Shown: positions 39,196-51,555, numbered from the stretch's first letter. The stretch is DNA of 64,000 nt from an uncultured Chloroflexia bacterium (GCA_963711405.1 CAVQDZ010000008.1:34387-98386), one strand, 5' to 3'. Translations and numbers: made by a program. Notes: a model not told the origin generated them from the letters alone.

Positions 39196-42001
39196 CTTTC
39201 GTGCCTGAGGGAGTCCTGCCGCCATGCGTCGCCTGCTTATCTCACTGTGCCTGCTCGCGTTGCTGGCCATCGCCACCGTGGGCATAGCGTCCGCGGACAG
39301 CAATGCCTCGATCAACTTCGAGTCGGGCTACAGCAACGGCAGTCCGCACGGGCAGAACGGCTGGTCAAAGAGCGGACCGTACGACGTGAATGTCGTGGAC
39401 GTGTCCTCGTATCCGGCCGCGGCCGGCTATGGCTTCGGCACGAAGGCACTTCAGTCCTCGAATTACGTCGTCAGTGGCAGCTTCGGCGACCAGGCATTCA
39501 CCCCGGCGCTCTCGACGCCGGCCAGCGAAAGCGGGCCAACTCACTTCGGCGCAAGTTTTGAGTTCGGTACGACATCGACGTCGCAGCAGCCGGGGCTGTA
39601 CATGAGCATCAGCCCAGACGACGGCACTGGCGGGCGCATGAGCTACCTGCGCTTCGAGGACCAGAGTGACGGCGTCCACGTCTTCTTTGATGACGTGACG
39701 GACGCCGGCCCGCTGCCCACGGCCGCGGATTTCAGCGACATTGACATCGCCACGCTGACGCGCGGCGCGAAGCACACGGTCAGGTTCTCGATCGACCTCG
39801 TGACAGGACCAGCGAACGACGTCGTAAAGATCTATATCGACGGCAGTCTCAAGCACACGGGCACGACCTGGGAGGACTACTACCGCTACGACCCCGAGCA
39901 GACGGGCGGCGGCAACGTGATCCCAACAACGAGCAGGCTCGAGATCCGTGAGGGCGGCGGCGCTGCTCCGATACCCAGCCTGCAGGGCCAGGGCTTCCTC
40001 CTCGACAACTTCAACTACTCCGACTATTCGACCGCTCTGTGCACGACCGACTGCTATGTCGACGCAACCACGGGCAGTGACACCAACAGCGGCAGCAGCA
40101 CCTCTGATGCATTCAAGACGATCGGCGCTGCGACCGACCAGATCTCGACCGGCGGCACAATTCATGTCGCCGCGGGCACCTACGTCGAGGACGTCGCGGT
40201 GAACAAGACCGGCGTGACCCTCCACGGCGCCGGCTACGCCACGACGACCATCTCTGGCGCCAAGAACGGTGGCTCGGCCACGGTCCAGGTTGGCGCCTCG
40301 GGCGTGGTGATCGATGGCTTCACGATCACGCGCGAAGGCAACAACACGACTGACTGGAACGACCCCGGGCTGAACACGGCCGGCGTTGCAGTCCAAGGCA
40401 TGACCAACTCGGTCGAGGTGCGCAACAACAAGCTGACTGGTAACCGGACCGGCATCGACATCAACAACAGCAACGGCAGCTCGATTCACAACAACCTGAT
40501 CAACGACAACCGGACCGGCCTGATCCTGCGCAACCAGACAGACAACCTGACGGTTACCCAGAACGAGATCAAGAACAACTGGACCGACGGCGTTCTCTTC
40601 CTGGATGGCAGCGGCGGTACGAACACTCCCCCGCAGCAAGCGCTCAACTCGCACTTCAACAACAACGACATCAGCGGCAACTGGTACGGACAAGTCGTCG
40701 ATCGTCAGACCGGCGGCTCCCTGCCAGCTCCAGGCACCAATCTGAAGGATTTCAGCGCCAACTGGTGGGGTACGACGTCGCCAGTCTTCAGCAGTGCGAA
40801 CAGCACCGAACCTGGCTACGCAGCTCAGATCCCGGTTGAGTTTGGCGGTTCGGCGACGCCCCCAGGCGGCCAGCCCGACGTCCTTGGCCCGGCATCTGCC
40901 AATCTCGACTACAGCCCTTACCTCAATTCCGGCACTGACACCAACGTAAGTACCGGATTCGGCACCGTCGGCTTCCAAGGCTCTTACAACGTGCTCGACG
41001 TGCCCACCAAAGGCGCCCAGACGGGCAGCGTTGGCCGCATCCAGGAAGCAGCTGATCTCGTTACTGGCACGATCGTCAAGGTCCAGGCGGGCACACTCAA
41101 CGAGAGTGATTCGGTCAACCACACGATCGACCTGCGCGGCGCGCAGTACGAGATCCCGGTGATCGGTCGCACCCTCGCCGACGCGAGCGAGTCGACGATC
41201 AATGGTCAGCTCACCCTGAATGCAGCCAACATCAAGGTCGACGGCTTCTCGGTCACCAACCACGTCTCGATCGACAGCTCGGCCATCGGCATCGTCATCA
41301 AGACGGTCGGCAGCGGCGCCGCAATCACCAACAACATGCTCGGCAACATCCTGGCCGACTTCACGGGTGGCACGCAGGCGCACGGCGAAGGCATCTATCT
41401 CGAGAACGGCCCCGACAGCGTGACGATCACGGACAACCTGCTCGATGGCATCCACGGCTGGGCCTCGTCGCAGGCGATCTACGTCGGCGACTCGTCCGCC
41501 AGCAACGCGAGCACGGCCATCGACATCGAGAACAACACGATCAAGAACGTCACGAGCGACGCCAAGGGTGCCTACGGCATCATGACCAACAACGCCGCTG
41601 GTGCCGCTCTGACGATCGCGGGCAACACGCTCGACGGCCTCAACGGCCATTGGGCTCACGCGATCGCGATGGAAGGTCCAACGACTTCCGTCGATATCAA
41701 CCACAACACCGTCAGCAACGTGACCGACACGGACAACGCGGCAGATCAGATCGCCGTCTTCTTCGAGAGCGACGCACCCTTCGTCGCGGCCATGGTCAAT
41801 GACAACAGCCTGGCCGTCGGCAACGATCGCTATGGCGTGGTGAACACCAGCCCATCGGGCACTTTCGACGCGACTTGTAACTGGTGGGGCGACGCAGCTG
41901 GCCCGAACACGGGCACCGGCTCCGACACATACGGCGTGCTCACAGTGGCGCCCTGGCGGACCACGAGCGATCTCGACTCTGATTGCGCGGCGGCAAATAT
42001 C

Positions 42002-42265
42002 GCGGTCGGCACGGCAGCTTCGGACGCCCTTAACACGCCCGAAGGCACCCCGATCTCGATCAACGGCACGTTCACCGGCAGTGTCGCGTCCATCACCGCC
42101 GACAACGGCGTGCTCGGGACGTTCACCCCCAACGCCCTTCTCGGCACGTGGACGTGGGATTACACCCCCGACGACAACTACGCGGGCACGACGATCAACG
42201 TCACCGGCCACGGCAGCAACGGCTCCACGGCTGTTGACTCGTTCAGCTGGTCATCGACCAACGTC
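42002..42265 (+). repeat. intragenic direct repeat, copy 1 (264 bp)
   Basis: About 97% identical to 43619-43883 by manual alignment (about 7 substitutions and 1 indel). It encodes AVGTAASDALNTPEGTPISINGTFTGSVASITADNGVLGTFTPNALLGTWTWDYTPDDNYAGTTINVTGHGSNGSTAVDSFSWSSTNV. Confidence 0.85.
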
Positions 42266-43618
42266 AATCCCACGGCTAGCGGCCTTACGGCGCCGGCCTC
42301 AGCCGCGGCCACCCACTCGTTCAACATCAGCCTTGCCGGCCCGTCCGACGTGTCGACGGTCGACGCCGCCTCGCTGCACTTCGCCTTCGACTGCGGCAGC
42401 GGCTATGGGACGCACATTGACTACGCCACCAGCACGTCGACCAACAGCGCGTCGTGCTCGTCCAGCACGCCCGGCCCACTGACGGTCAAGGGCAAGGTCT
42501 TCGACAAGGACGGCGGCTCCAACGAATACACCGCGAGCGTCACGATCAACGCGCTGTGCACGACCGACTGCTATGTCGATACCACGACGGGCAATGACGG
42601 CAACGGCGGCGCCAGCCCGGCTGACGCGCTCAAGACAATTCAGGCCGGCGTCACCGCGGTCAATGCCAGCGGCACGGTCCACGTCGCTGCGGGCACCTAC
42701 GCCGAGCACGTCGTCGTGACCAAGACGCTGACCCTGCTGGGCGCCAACAACGGCACCGCCGGCACTGCCACGCGCAGCGCCGAGTCAATCATTGACGGCG
42801 GGCTGACCGACGCCGCACTGCGCATCGCGGCCAATGACGTGACCGTCAACGGCTTCAAGATCACGCGCGGCGCCAACGGCACCTACAGCTCCGGCATCCA
42901 CGACGCGGGCAACACCGGCTCGAGCATCCTCAACAACGTCATCACCGGCAACTCGATCGGCGTGTTTGCCAACTGCGCCGGCGACTGTCTGGTCCAGTAC
43001 AACCTGTTCGACGCCAACAACGAGGCCGGACCGTCTGGCGGCGCGGGCCTCTATAGCGACAGCTCGAACGGCCTGACCATCGACTCGAACACATTCACCA
43101 ACCACACGCAGAACAATCCACTCCTGTTCGCGGCCACCGGCGTGCCCGGGCACACGAACCTCACGGTCACCAATAACACGTTGAACAATGACTACGGCAT
43201 ATACGCCCTGGCCATTGCCGGCGGCACCTTCAGCGGCAACGACATCACCGCGACGTATAGCGGTGGCGCCACCGCACTCGGTTTCGCCAGCGGCAATAGC
43301 GACGTCACTGTCACGGGCAACACGATCCATGACAGTGCCCGTGGTGTCCGCATCGAGGACGACGGCTACGGCTTTGGCAACAACAGCGATCTGCACATCA
43401 ACGACAACGCCATCACCGGCAACACCAGCTACGGCATCAACGTCGTCAACGGCTACACCGGGACGCTTGACGCCGAATGCAACTGGTACGGCAACGCCAG
43501 CGGGCCGACCGCGACCAGCAACCCGTCCGGCACGGGCGACGACGTCATCGGCGTGGTCGACTTCGTGCCGTGGCGGCTGACGAGCACCCTCACCGGCGAC
43601 TGCTCGACCAATTCGGTC

Positions 43619-43883
43619 GCGGTCGGCACGGGAGCTTCGGACGCCCTTAACACGCCCGAAGGCACCCCGATCTCGATCAACGGCACGTTCACCGGCAGTG
43701 TCGCGTCCATCACCGCCGACAACGGCGTGCTCGGGACGTTCACCCCCAACGCCCTTCTCGGCACGTGGACGTGGGCCTACACCCCCGACGACAACTACGC
43801 TGGGCACGACGATCAACGTCACCGCCCACGGCAGCAACGGATCCACGGCTGTTGACACGTTCAGCTGGTCGTCGACCAACGTC
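43619..43883 (+). repeat. intragenic direct repeat, copy 2 (265 bp, carries the extra T at 43801)
   Basis: See 42002..42265; the offset is 1617 bp. The flanking beta-helix modules are far more divergent at the DNA level. Confidence 0.85.
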
Positions 43884-46800
43884 GCCGCCGACCGGGACGT
43901 TCAACGCGCCGAGCAGCCAGCTCGTCAACACCACGTTCAGCATCAGCCTGACGTCACCGGTCGATCCGTCGACGGTCGACGCGGGCTCCCTTCATTACGC
44001 ATTCGACTGCGGCACCGGTTACGGCACGCACCTCAACTACGCAACCAGCTCGACTACGAGCAGCGCGACCTGCACGGCGACTGCACAGCCGCACGCGGGT
44101 GGGTCGATCACAGTCAAGGGCAAGATCTTCGACAAGGACGGTGGCCTTAACGAGTACACCGCCGTCGTCACGATCCTCCAGCCCGAGCTCTATCTGACGC
44201 CGCCGACGTTCGACTTTGGCAGCGTCGTCATCGGGACGACCTCGAGCCCCGCCACGTTCACGGTCCAGAACATCGGCACCGCGCCGCTGACCCTGACCGG
44301 CGAGGCGATCCACGGCCTCAACCCTGCCTATTTCGGCATTGACACAGACAACTGCGACAGCGTCACGCTCGCGCCAACCGCGACGTGCACGATCCTCGTG
44401 GTCTTCCATCCGAACTCCACCGCGCTCCGGAGCGCTCGGCTCGATGTGAGCTCGAATGATCCGAACGTTGGGACATCCAGCGCGGCCCTTCAGGGCACCG
44501 GCGTGGCAGCGGCTACGCCAGACGTGTCACTCACGCCTGCGTCGAACGACTTCGGCCAGGTGAAGATCGGCCAGACCTCGGCGCCATTCGGGTTCACGCT
44601 GACCAACAACGGCCTCGGGACGCTGAACATCACCGACATCAGCCTGGGCGGCGCATCACCGGCCTGGTACACGCTGGGCACGACGACCTGCGCTGCCACT
44701 CTTGCCCCGGGCTTGAGCTGCACGATCAACGTCAGCTTCAGCCCGATCGGAAACGGGATCAAGACGGCGACCCTCAAGGTCACCACCAACGATCCCGACA
44801 GCCCGCTCGTTTCCTCCACCCTGAGCGGGACGTCTGAGTGCACAACCAACTGCTACGTCGACGGCGTGAGCGGTAACGACGCCAACGGCGGCACGAGCAC
44901 GTCAGATGCGTTCAAGACCATCCAGATGGGTGTTTCAGTGGTCGACACAGGCGGCACCGTCCACGTTGCGGCCGCAACCTACTCAGGCAGCGTCCTGATC
45001 AACCGGTCGATGACGGTCGTCGGCGCGGGCGCCACGACGGTCCTCGATGGCGTCACGGACACCGGCGATGGCATTGCGATCCGCGACGCCTCCGGCGTCA
45101 CGATCTCCAACCTGAAGGTCACTAACTTCGACCGTGGCATCACGCTCGGCATCGGCGGCTCGACCGCGGCGTCGAACATCACGCTCAACAACCTGACAGT
45201 TGTCGACAACGGCAACCATGGCCTGATGAGCGGCACATTCGATCTCAACGGCCTGACCGTCAATGGCGGCGACTACTCCAGCAACGGCATTGGCAACGTC
45301 AACAACAACGGTCGCGGCATCTGGCTGATCGACGGCCACAAGTCGAACATCGATATCCATGGCGCGACTGTCAACAACAACCAGCTCGTCGGCATCGACA
45401 TCAGCGATGGCGACGTGACCGGCCTGAGCATCGCCAACAACACCGTCACCGGCAACGGCGATTCGGGTATCGGCGTCCTGGGTGCTGAAGGCCCCGGCAC
45501 GACCCTGGTTGACAACAACACGGTTACCAACAACGGCCGCTACGGCATCGAGATCAAGGTCCCGAACGGCAGTGGCGCTGACACCGGCCCAGGCTCGATC
45601 GTTGTTTCGAACAACACGGTCAGCCGAAGCGTCGCGGCGACTGACGCTCGCGACTATGCCGGTATCGCTGTCTTCCGCCGGTCGGCGGGCCCCTTCAACA
45701 CGGACGGCGCCAATGGCGTTGTCGTTCGGCATAACACGGTCAGCGGCTTCCGCCGGTCGACGTCGCCGGTCTCCACAGGTGACGGCTTCGGCATCGTCGT
45801 CGAAGGCACGAACATGACCGTCGACCACAACACCGTTACTAACAACGACGTCGGCATTCAGGCCCAGCAGGGCAACACCGCCAACACTCAGAGCACGCCG
45901 TTCTTCGATCGCGGCAACGCGGTCAGCTACAGCGGCGTCATCAACCGCAACTCGATCAGCGGCAACACGCTGGGCCTGCGCACTGCAGGCCTCAGCGCGA
46001 ACACTGATGGCACGTGCAACTGGTGGGGTAACGCGAGCGGCCCGTCCGGCGTCGGACCGGGCACCGGTGACACGGTCAGCACATTCGTCACGTACGTGCC
46101 TTTCCTGTCCACCAGCAACCTCGACCAGGCCTGCGCGATCGTCTCAGTGGCCGTCAATGCGGCCGCCCTGGACGCCAACGGCAACGAAGGCAGCACGCTC
46201 GCGACCAGTGGCTCGTTCAGCGGCTCGGTCGCATCCATCACATCCGACGCCGCCGACGGTTTCGTCGACAACGGCAACGGCACGTGGTCGTGGTCGCACC
46301 TGACCAACGACAACTACTCCGCGACCATCACGGTCACGGCACACGGAACCAATGGCTCAACAGCGGCTGACGTGTTCAACGCCACTGCCACCAACGTCAA
46401 TCCGACGGCGACTTTCAACGCGCCCGCAAGCGCGAACACCAGCGCGTTGTTCAACATCAGCCTCAATCCAGCCACTGACGTCTCGTCAGTCGATGCGGCC
46501 TCGCTCCACTACGCCTTCGACTGCGGCAGCGGCTACGGCACGGCTCTCAGCTACGCCACCAGCTCTGCCACCAACAACACCAACTGCACGGCGCCAGGCT
46601 CGCCGGGCTCAGTCGGGGTGAAGGGCAAGGTATGGGACAAGGATGGTGGCTCACACGAGTACACCGCCTCAGTCACGATCACGAACGCACCGGCTCCGCA
46701 CCTGAACCTCACGCCTGCTTCGAACAACTTCGGCAGCATCAACACGGGCAGTAGCTCGTCCGCAGTCAACTTCACCGTGAAGAACGACGGCACTGCCCAC

Positions 46801-47778
46801 ATGAACCTGACCAGCGAAACCCTCACTGGGACGGATCCGACTCAGTTCTCGATCTTCTCGAATTCGTGCGGGCCCACGCTCGCAATAAACGGCACCTGCA
46901 CCGTCGCGGTCAAGTTCGCGCCGACGACTATCGGCGGCAAGAGCGCCAACCTTCATGTCGTCACGGATGGCGGCACTGCCGACTCGACCTTGAGCGGCAC
47001 GGGAACGACCACGCCAACAGGCGGCGACATCACGATCAAGCTCAACACCACCCCGGACGGCGGCTCGTTCGACTTCCAGAGCGCAACGCTGCCGAGCAGC
47101 GCCTACACGCTGACGGACGACGGCTCGAATGACTCAATCGCGTTCGACAGCCTGGCCGCTGGCCAGTACAAGACCCAGATCCTGCCCAAGAGCGGCTGGA
47201 CGCTTGACTCGATCGTGTGCGATAGCGGCAGCTGGTCGGCCAGCCTGTCAAACAAGAAGGTCACCATCAACCTCGTGGACGGTGACAACATCACGTGTAC
47301 GTTCAGCGAATCACAGCCGGTCGCCCTCCCGGGCACGCCGGACGTGATGATCGGTACCGCTTCTGGCGGACCGTTCAGCGGCGACAACATCTATTCCTCG
47401 ACCGTTCTGGCCAGTCAGACGGTTAACCAGTCGATCCCCAAGAACCAGAACAAGTCGTTCTGGGTCAGGCTCCAGAACGACAGCGTGAACTCGGACTCGT
47501 TCCAGATCAACGCGACCAAGCACGGCGGACCTCACTTCACCGTGAAGATCTTCGTCAACAACGTTGACGTGACTTCACAGGTAACTGCCGGCACGTACCA
47601 CATCAACCTCGCGGGCGGCGGCAGCCAGCTCATAGAGATCCGGATCAAGGCCACCAGTAGCGTCCCTGCCACAGGCATGGTCGACTACGACCTGGCTGCG
47701 ATCTCGTCCATCTCAGGCCCGCAGGACATCGTCCGAGCACACGCGACGCGCTCCTAGCGCAACGTCGGTTCCCGGTAC

Positions 47779-47817
47779 AGTCGGGCCGCCCGCAAGGGCG
47801 GCCCGACTTATTTTGTC
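47779..47817 (+). terminator. rho-independent terminator
   Basis: AGTCGGGCCGCCC (47779-47791), loop GCAA, GGGCGGCCCGACT (47796-47808), then TTATTTTGT. Confidence 0.75.
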
Positions 47818-47881
47818 TGCGGCGGACGACCTAAGTCAGGCAGGCTCATTGCTGAGAGCCTCAATTTGGCGCGCCCTAGCA

Positions 47882-47899
47882 CCCTAATATTTGCAGCGC
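47882..47899 (+). promoter_or_regulatory. AT-rich motif CCCTAATATTTGCAGCGC upstream of the S8 protease gene
   Basis: Related to 36061-36076. It contains the -10-like hexamer TAATAT (47885-47890), 41 nt upstream of the ATG. Confidence 0.3.
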
Positions 47900-47930
47900 T
47901 GCCCAGACCGTGCGTGCAATTGAGGGTGCC

Positions 47931-49337
47931 ATGCATCGTCCGCTGTTGTCGGCTCTGGTCGCGGCAATCCTGCTCGCAAGCGCGGCGGTAACTCCATCTG
48001 TGCTTGCAGCGCAGTCTCAGGATGTGATCGTCGTCCTTGGCGTGGCGCATGCGCCGACGCGCGAGAGCTCTGGTCTCGTGGGCTCAGTTCTGGCCGCAAA
48101 CTCGGCAACAAGATTTGTGCAGCCGACACATGTCTATCGCAATGCGCTCAATGGCTTTGCCGCGCGATTGACTGCGCACCAGCAGCAGGTCCTTGCGCGC
48201 AACCCGAACGTGGCCGCGATAGTGGCCGACGAGCAAATCGAGGTGGCCGACGATCCCTTTGACTCGCCCGAGAATTCACCGACAGAGCCCTCCGAGCCGC
48301 CTTCTGACTCACCAGCACCGTCCCCAATGGCGACGCCCAGGGCGACGCCGTTGCCAACGCCTGGCCCCGACTTTCAGATCGTGCCCACCGGCATCGAGCG
48401 CGTTGGACGCCCGGAGCTCGACGGTGCGCGTTTGAACGGTCGAGAGGCGGACGCCGATATCGACATAGCTGTAGTGGATACGGGCGTGAACGAGCATCCT
48501 GATCTGAATGTTGTAGGCGGACAGGACTGCACTGGAACGCGATCGGGCGATTGGCACGATAGACACGGGCATGGCACCCACGTCGCCGGCACTGCCGCCG
48601 CACGGGACAATGACTTCGGAGTGGTAGGGGTCGCCCCTGGGGCCAGGATCTGGTCGGTCAGGGTCCTTAACCGGTACGGCATAGGCAAGGCAAGCTGGTT
48701 GCTGTGCGGCATCGATTGGATCACCGCGCAGAGAACAGACGACGACAGGCCTCTTATCGAAGTTGCCAACATGAGTCTGCGTTTCCACGCCGTGCGCAAG
48801 ATTGGCGACGACGGCGCGTGCGGCACGACGAATCGCGACCCTGTCCATCAGGCCATCTGCGCGTCCATTCTTGGCGGCACCAAGTACGTCGTTGCGGCCG
48901 GCAACGACCACAAGAACGCCTCGCGCTATCGGCCTGGTGCCTATCGCGAGGTAATCACGGTGAGCGCCCTGGCCGATTTTGACGGCCTGCCCGGCGGTGA
49001 AGGTGCCCCTAGCGAAACGTGCCCGAGCGGTGTCGCACGGGATCGCGATGACACGCTCGCACGCTTCAGCAACTTCGGCGCCGCGATCGACATCATGGCG
49101 CCCGGCAAATGCATCTGGTCGACTGCCAAAGATGGCGGCTACAGAGAGATGTCGGGCACAAGCATGGCCACCCCGCATGTCACGGGCGCAGTGGCGCTGT
49201 ACCTGCTGGCCAACCCGGACATGACCGAGGCAGAGGTCCGCGCAGCGCTCATCCGTTGTGCGACGGACGACTGGCTGGTTGGATCTGATCGTGATGACGA
49301 ACACGAACCGCTGCTGAACATCTCGCGGCTCTGCTGA
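47931..49337 (+). CDS. secreted S8-family subtilisin-like serine protease with an I9-type propeptide
   Basis: ATG at 47931 after GAGGGTG (the track start at 47910 is a GTG). Signal peptide MHRPLLSALVAAILLASAAVTPSVLAA. Propeptide: VYRNALNGFAARLTAHQQQVL. Catalytic motifs: VVDTGV (Asp), HGHGTHVAGTAAA (His), MSGTSMATPHVTGAVALY (Ser). Confidence 0.85.
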   Translation: MHRPLLSALVAAILLASAAVTPSVLAAQSQDVIVVLGVAHAPTRESSGLVGSVLAANSATRFVQPTHVYRNALNGFAARLTAHQQQVLARNPNVAAIVADEQIEVADDPFDSPENSPTEPSEPPSDSPAPSPMATPRATPLPTPGPDFQIVPTGIERVGRPELDGARLNGREADADIDIAVVDTGVNEHPDLNVVGGQDCTGTRSGDWHDRHGHGTHVAGTAAARDNDFGVVGVAPGARIWSVRVLNRYGIGKASWLLCGIDWITAQRTDDDRPLIEVANMSLRFHAVRKIGDDGACGTTNRDPVHQAICASILGGTKYVVAAGNDHKNASRYRPGAYREVITVSALADFDGLPGGEGAPSETCPSGVARDRDDTLARFSNFGAAIDIMAPGKCIWSTAKDGGYREMSGTSMATPHVTGAVALYLLANPDMTEAEVRAALIRCATDDWLVGSDRDDEHEPLLNISRLC

Positions 49338-49374
49338 CGCGCAACACGCCTGGTGCGCGATCATGGCGCTGTGA

Positions 49375-50301
49375 GTGGACGAGATGGGTGACAGCAAGGT
49401 CGCGACGATGCGCGACGCGATCGCGGAGCTCGTGCGCGACGGCGATAGCGTCGCAATTGAGGGCTTCACGCACCTGATCAGCTTTGCCGCCGGGCACGAG
49501 ATCATCCGCCAGCGCAAGCGCGACCTGACCCTGTGCCGGCTCACGCCGGACCTGATCTACGACCAGATGATCGCCGCCGGCGTGGCGCGCAAGCTCGTCT
49601 TCTCGTGGCTGGGCAATCCGGGCGTGGGCAGTCTCCACGCGGTGCGTCGGGCGACCGAAGCGAAACCCCCTCAACTCGAGCTGGAGGAGTACTCGCACTT
49701 CGGCATGGTCTGCCGCTACACCGCCGGGGCCATGAACCTGCCCTTCTTCCCGCTGCGCTCGTACGACAACACCGACCTGCCGCGCGCCAACCCGCTCATT
49801 CGCCCGATCAAATCGCCCTACTCCGACGAAGAGCTGTATGCCGTCCCCGCGCTCAAGCCCAACGTCGCGATCATCCACGCACAGCGCGCGGACGCCGCCG
49901 GCGACACGCAGGTGTGGGGTCTGCTCGGGTGCCAGAAGGAAGCAGCGTTTGCCGCCGACCGGGTCATCGTCGTCGTCGAGGAGCTGGTCGACGAGGCCGT
50001 CATCCGGGCCGACCCAAATCGCACGATCCTGCCCGGCCTCGTCGTGGATGCTGTGGTGGTCGAGCCGCTCGGCGCACACCCGTCCTACGCACAGGGCTAC
50101 TACGACCGTGACAACGCGTTCTACCTGGAGTGGGACGCGATCTCGCGCGACGCCCAATCGCTCGAGCGCTGGCTGGACGAGTGGGTCTACGGCCTGGCCG
50201 ACCGGAGCGAGTACGTGGCCAAGCTGGGTGACCAGCGCGTGATGGGTCTGCGCCCGACGCCGGCGCCGTCGGGATCAGTCGATTACGGCGAATATCGCTG
50301 A
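49375..50301 (+). CDS. CoA-transferase subunit A (glutaconate/3-oxoacid CoA-transferase family)
   Basis: 308 aa: DSKVATMRDAIAELVRDGDSVAIEGFTHL...LELEEYSHFGM...AIIHAQRADAAGD. The ATG at 49384 (MGDSK) is an alternative start. Confidence 0.8.
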   Translation: MDEMGDSKVATMRDAIAELVRDGDSVAIEGFTHLISFAAGHEIIRQRKRDLTLCRLTPDLIYDQMIAAGVARKLVFSWLGNPGVGSLHAVRRATEAKPPQLELEEYSHFGMVCRYTAGAMNLPFFPLRSYDNTDLPRANPLIRPIKSPYSDEELYAVPALKPNVAIIHAQRADAAGDTQVWGLLGCQKEAAFAADRVIVVVEELVDEAVIRADPNRTILPGLVVDAVVVEPLGAHPSYAQGYYDRDNAFYLEWDAISRDAQSLERWLDEWVYGLADRSEYVAKLGDQRVMGLRPTPAPSGSVDYGEYR

Positions 50302-50465
50302 CACGACCGGTCAGAAAGAGCTCACGGCGAGCGTAGAATCCACACGGCTCAGGCCGCGCTTGCACCGCTTCAGCGGCGACCCACGGTCGGTCAGCAGGAG
50401 GGCAGATGCGCGCGGTCTTCACTTCACGTCTCGTGCGGCCCGTCAGGCAGGACCGTCCGAGCGCT

Positions 50466-51518
50466 ATGCGCGGCAGTCGGCGCAAGCCTGCTGATTGTCG
50501 TGCTCGCCACTCCGGCCCTGGGCGCGACACGACCGCTGTCGATGGACATCCTGATCGGCGACTTCTGCGTCACCGGCAACGCCAAGCCGAACACGGTCAT
50601 CAAGTTCACGGTCAAGGATGCGTCGGGGGCCTCGAAGGGCCGCGCGGCGACGATGAGTGAGAGCGACGGATTCTGGTCCGGCTGCGTTGACTTCTTCGCC
50701 GATGGCTTCACTTCCGGCGATCGCCTCAAGGTCCTCGACTACGACACTCACCAGACGCTGAACTACACGATTCCGCGCATGACGCTCTCCGCCGACCGGT
50801 CCACGGATGTCGCCTCCGGCCTCGCGCCGGCAGGCATGCACATGGAGCTCGAGGCGGCCGATTTCAACACGCCGCTGTTCGGCAAGGATCCGTACGACGT
50901 GGTCGAGGACGTGACCGCCAATGGCAGCGGTGCATGGAGCCACGACTTCGGCGCCGACAACATCGATCTGATGACCGGCGCGGGTCTGGAGCTGCGCGCT
51001 ACGGGTGCGGGCGGCGCCGTGACCGTGCGGCGTGACTTCAACTGTCCCCGGCCTGTTCGTCCTGCTCGGATCGGCCGAGTTCGCCGGCTACATGCGGCCC
51101 TATTACCCGATCGGCGTCACGCTCAAGATGGGTGGCTCCACAGGTGGCTACCGGTCACGCCGTGGGCGACGCGAGCGGCCAATACGACAGCAGATTTGTT
51201 GATGGCGACGGCGAACCTTATCGGCTGATGGGCGGCGAGTCGCTCAAGGCGCCCAAGCTGGGCATCTCCTGGACGGTTCCGCAGGTGAACGCTGACGCCA
51301 ACAGGCAGACGGACGTGGTCTCAGGTACGTGCTTCCCGCATCAGCCCGTGGGTCGTCCTTGCGGGCGTCTTTGGCTTTGCCAACGGCATGACCGACGGCA
51401 GCGGCGCGTTCAGCGTGGATATGTCCGACCAGGGCGGCATCGCCAAGGGCGATCAGGTCGCGATTGGCTGCTTCACCGCGCCAGGCGACCTTGTCGAGGA
51501 AGACCTCGTCGTCCAGTA
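50466..51518 (+). pseudogene. secreted repeat-domain protein (paralogue of 1..727), about four frame breaks
   Basis: ATG at 50466. Removing one C near 50486 gives MRGSRRKLLIVVLATPALGA/TRPLSMDILIGDFCVTGNAKPNTVIKFTVKDASG...DGFWSGCVDFFADGFTSGDRLKV (ORF 50500..51228). The protein continues through PGLFVLLGSAEFAGYMRPYYPIGVTLKMGG (third frame), ORF 51132..51551 (ATGHAVGDASGQYDSRFVDGDGEPYRL...), and a final segment ISPWVVLAGVFGFANGMTDGSGAFSVDMSDQGGIAKGDQVAIGCFTAPGDLVEEDLVVQ that stops at 51516-51518. Confidence 0.55.
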
Positions 51519-51555
51519 AGGTCGTTCGCTCCTGTCAGTGGGCTAGGCTGACGAG

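Larger units (their letters stand above)
39224..47757 (+). pseudogene. giant secreted modular surface protein (~2840 aa): three beta-helix modules, PKD-like and choice-of-anchor-D-like domains; two +1 frameshifts
   Basis: ORF 39224..43855 (1543 aa; signal MRRLLISLCLLALLAIATVGIASA) joins ORF 43765..47757 (1330 aa) through ~85 nt read in the frame of ORF 43698..44150 (TTINVTAHGSNGSTAVDTFSWSSTNV). Cap motifs C-T-T-(D/N)-C-Y-V-D occur at ~40040, ~42555 and ~44840. CNW(W/Y)G occurs at ~41878, ~43480 and ~46017. FDCG(S/T)GYG...KGK(V/I)(F/W)DKDGG units occur three times. FDFG/NNFG...F.V.N.G...L units occur three times. The C-terminal domain pair is shared with 36199..38852. The breaks are the extra T at 43801 and one at ~43884-43893. 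Confidence 0.75.

Noticed and set aside
39365-42211. 948-aa minus-strand ORF, and similar long antisense ORFs at 36442..37809, 42785..43879 and 44983..45828
   Set aside because: These are shadow ORFs opposite the beta-helix genes. Their Arg/Val/Asp/Gly-rich low-complexity translations contrast with the clearly structured plus-strand products.
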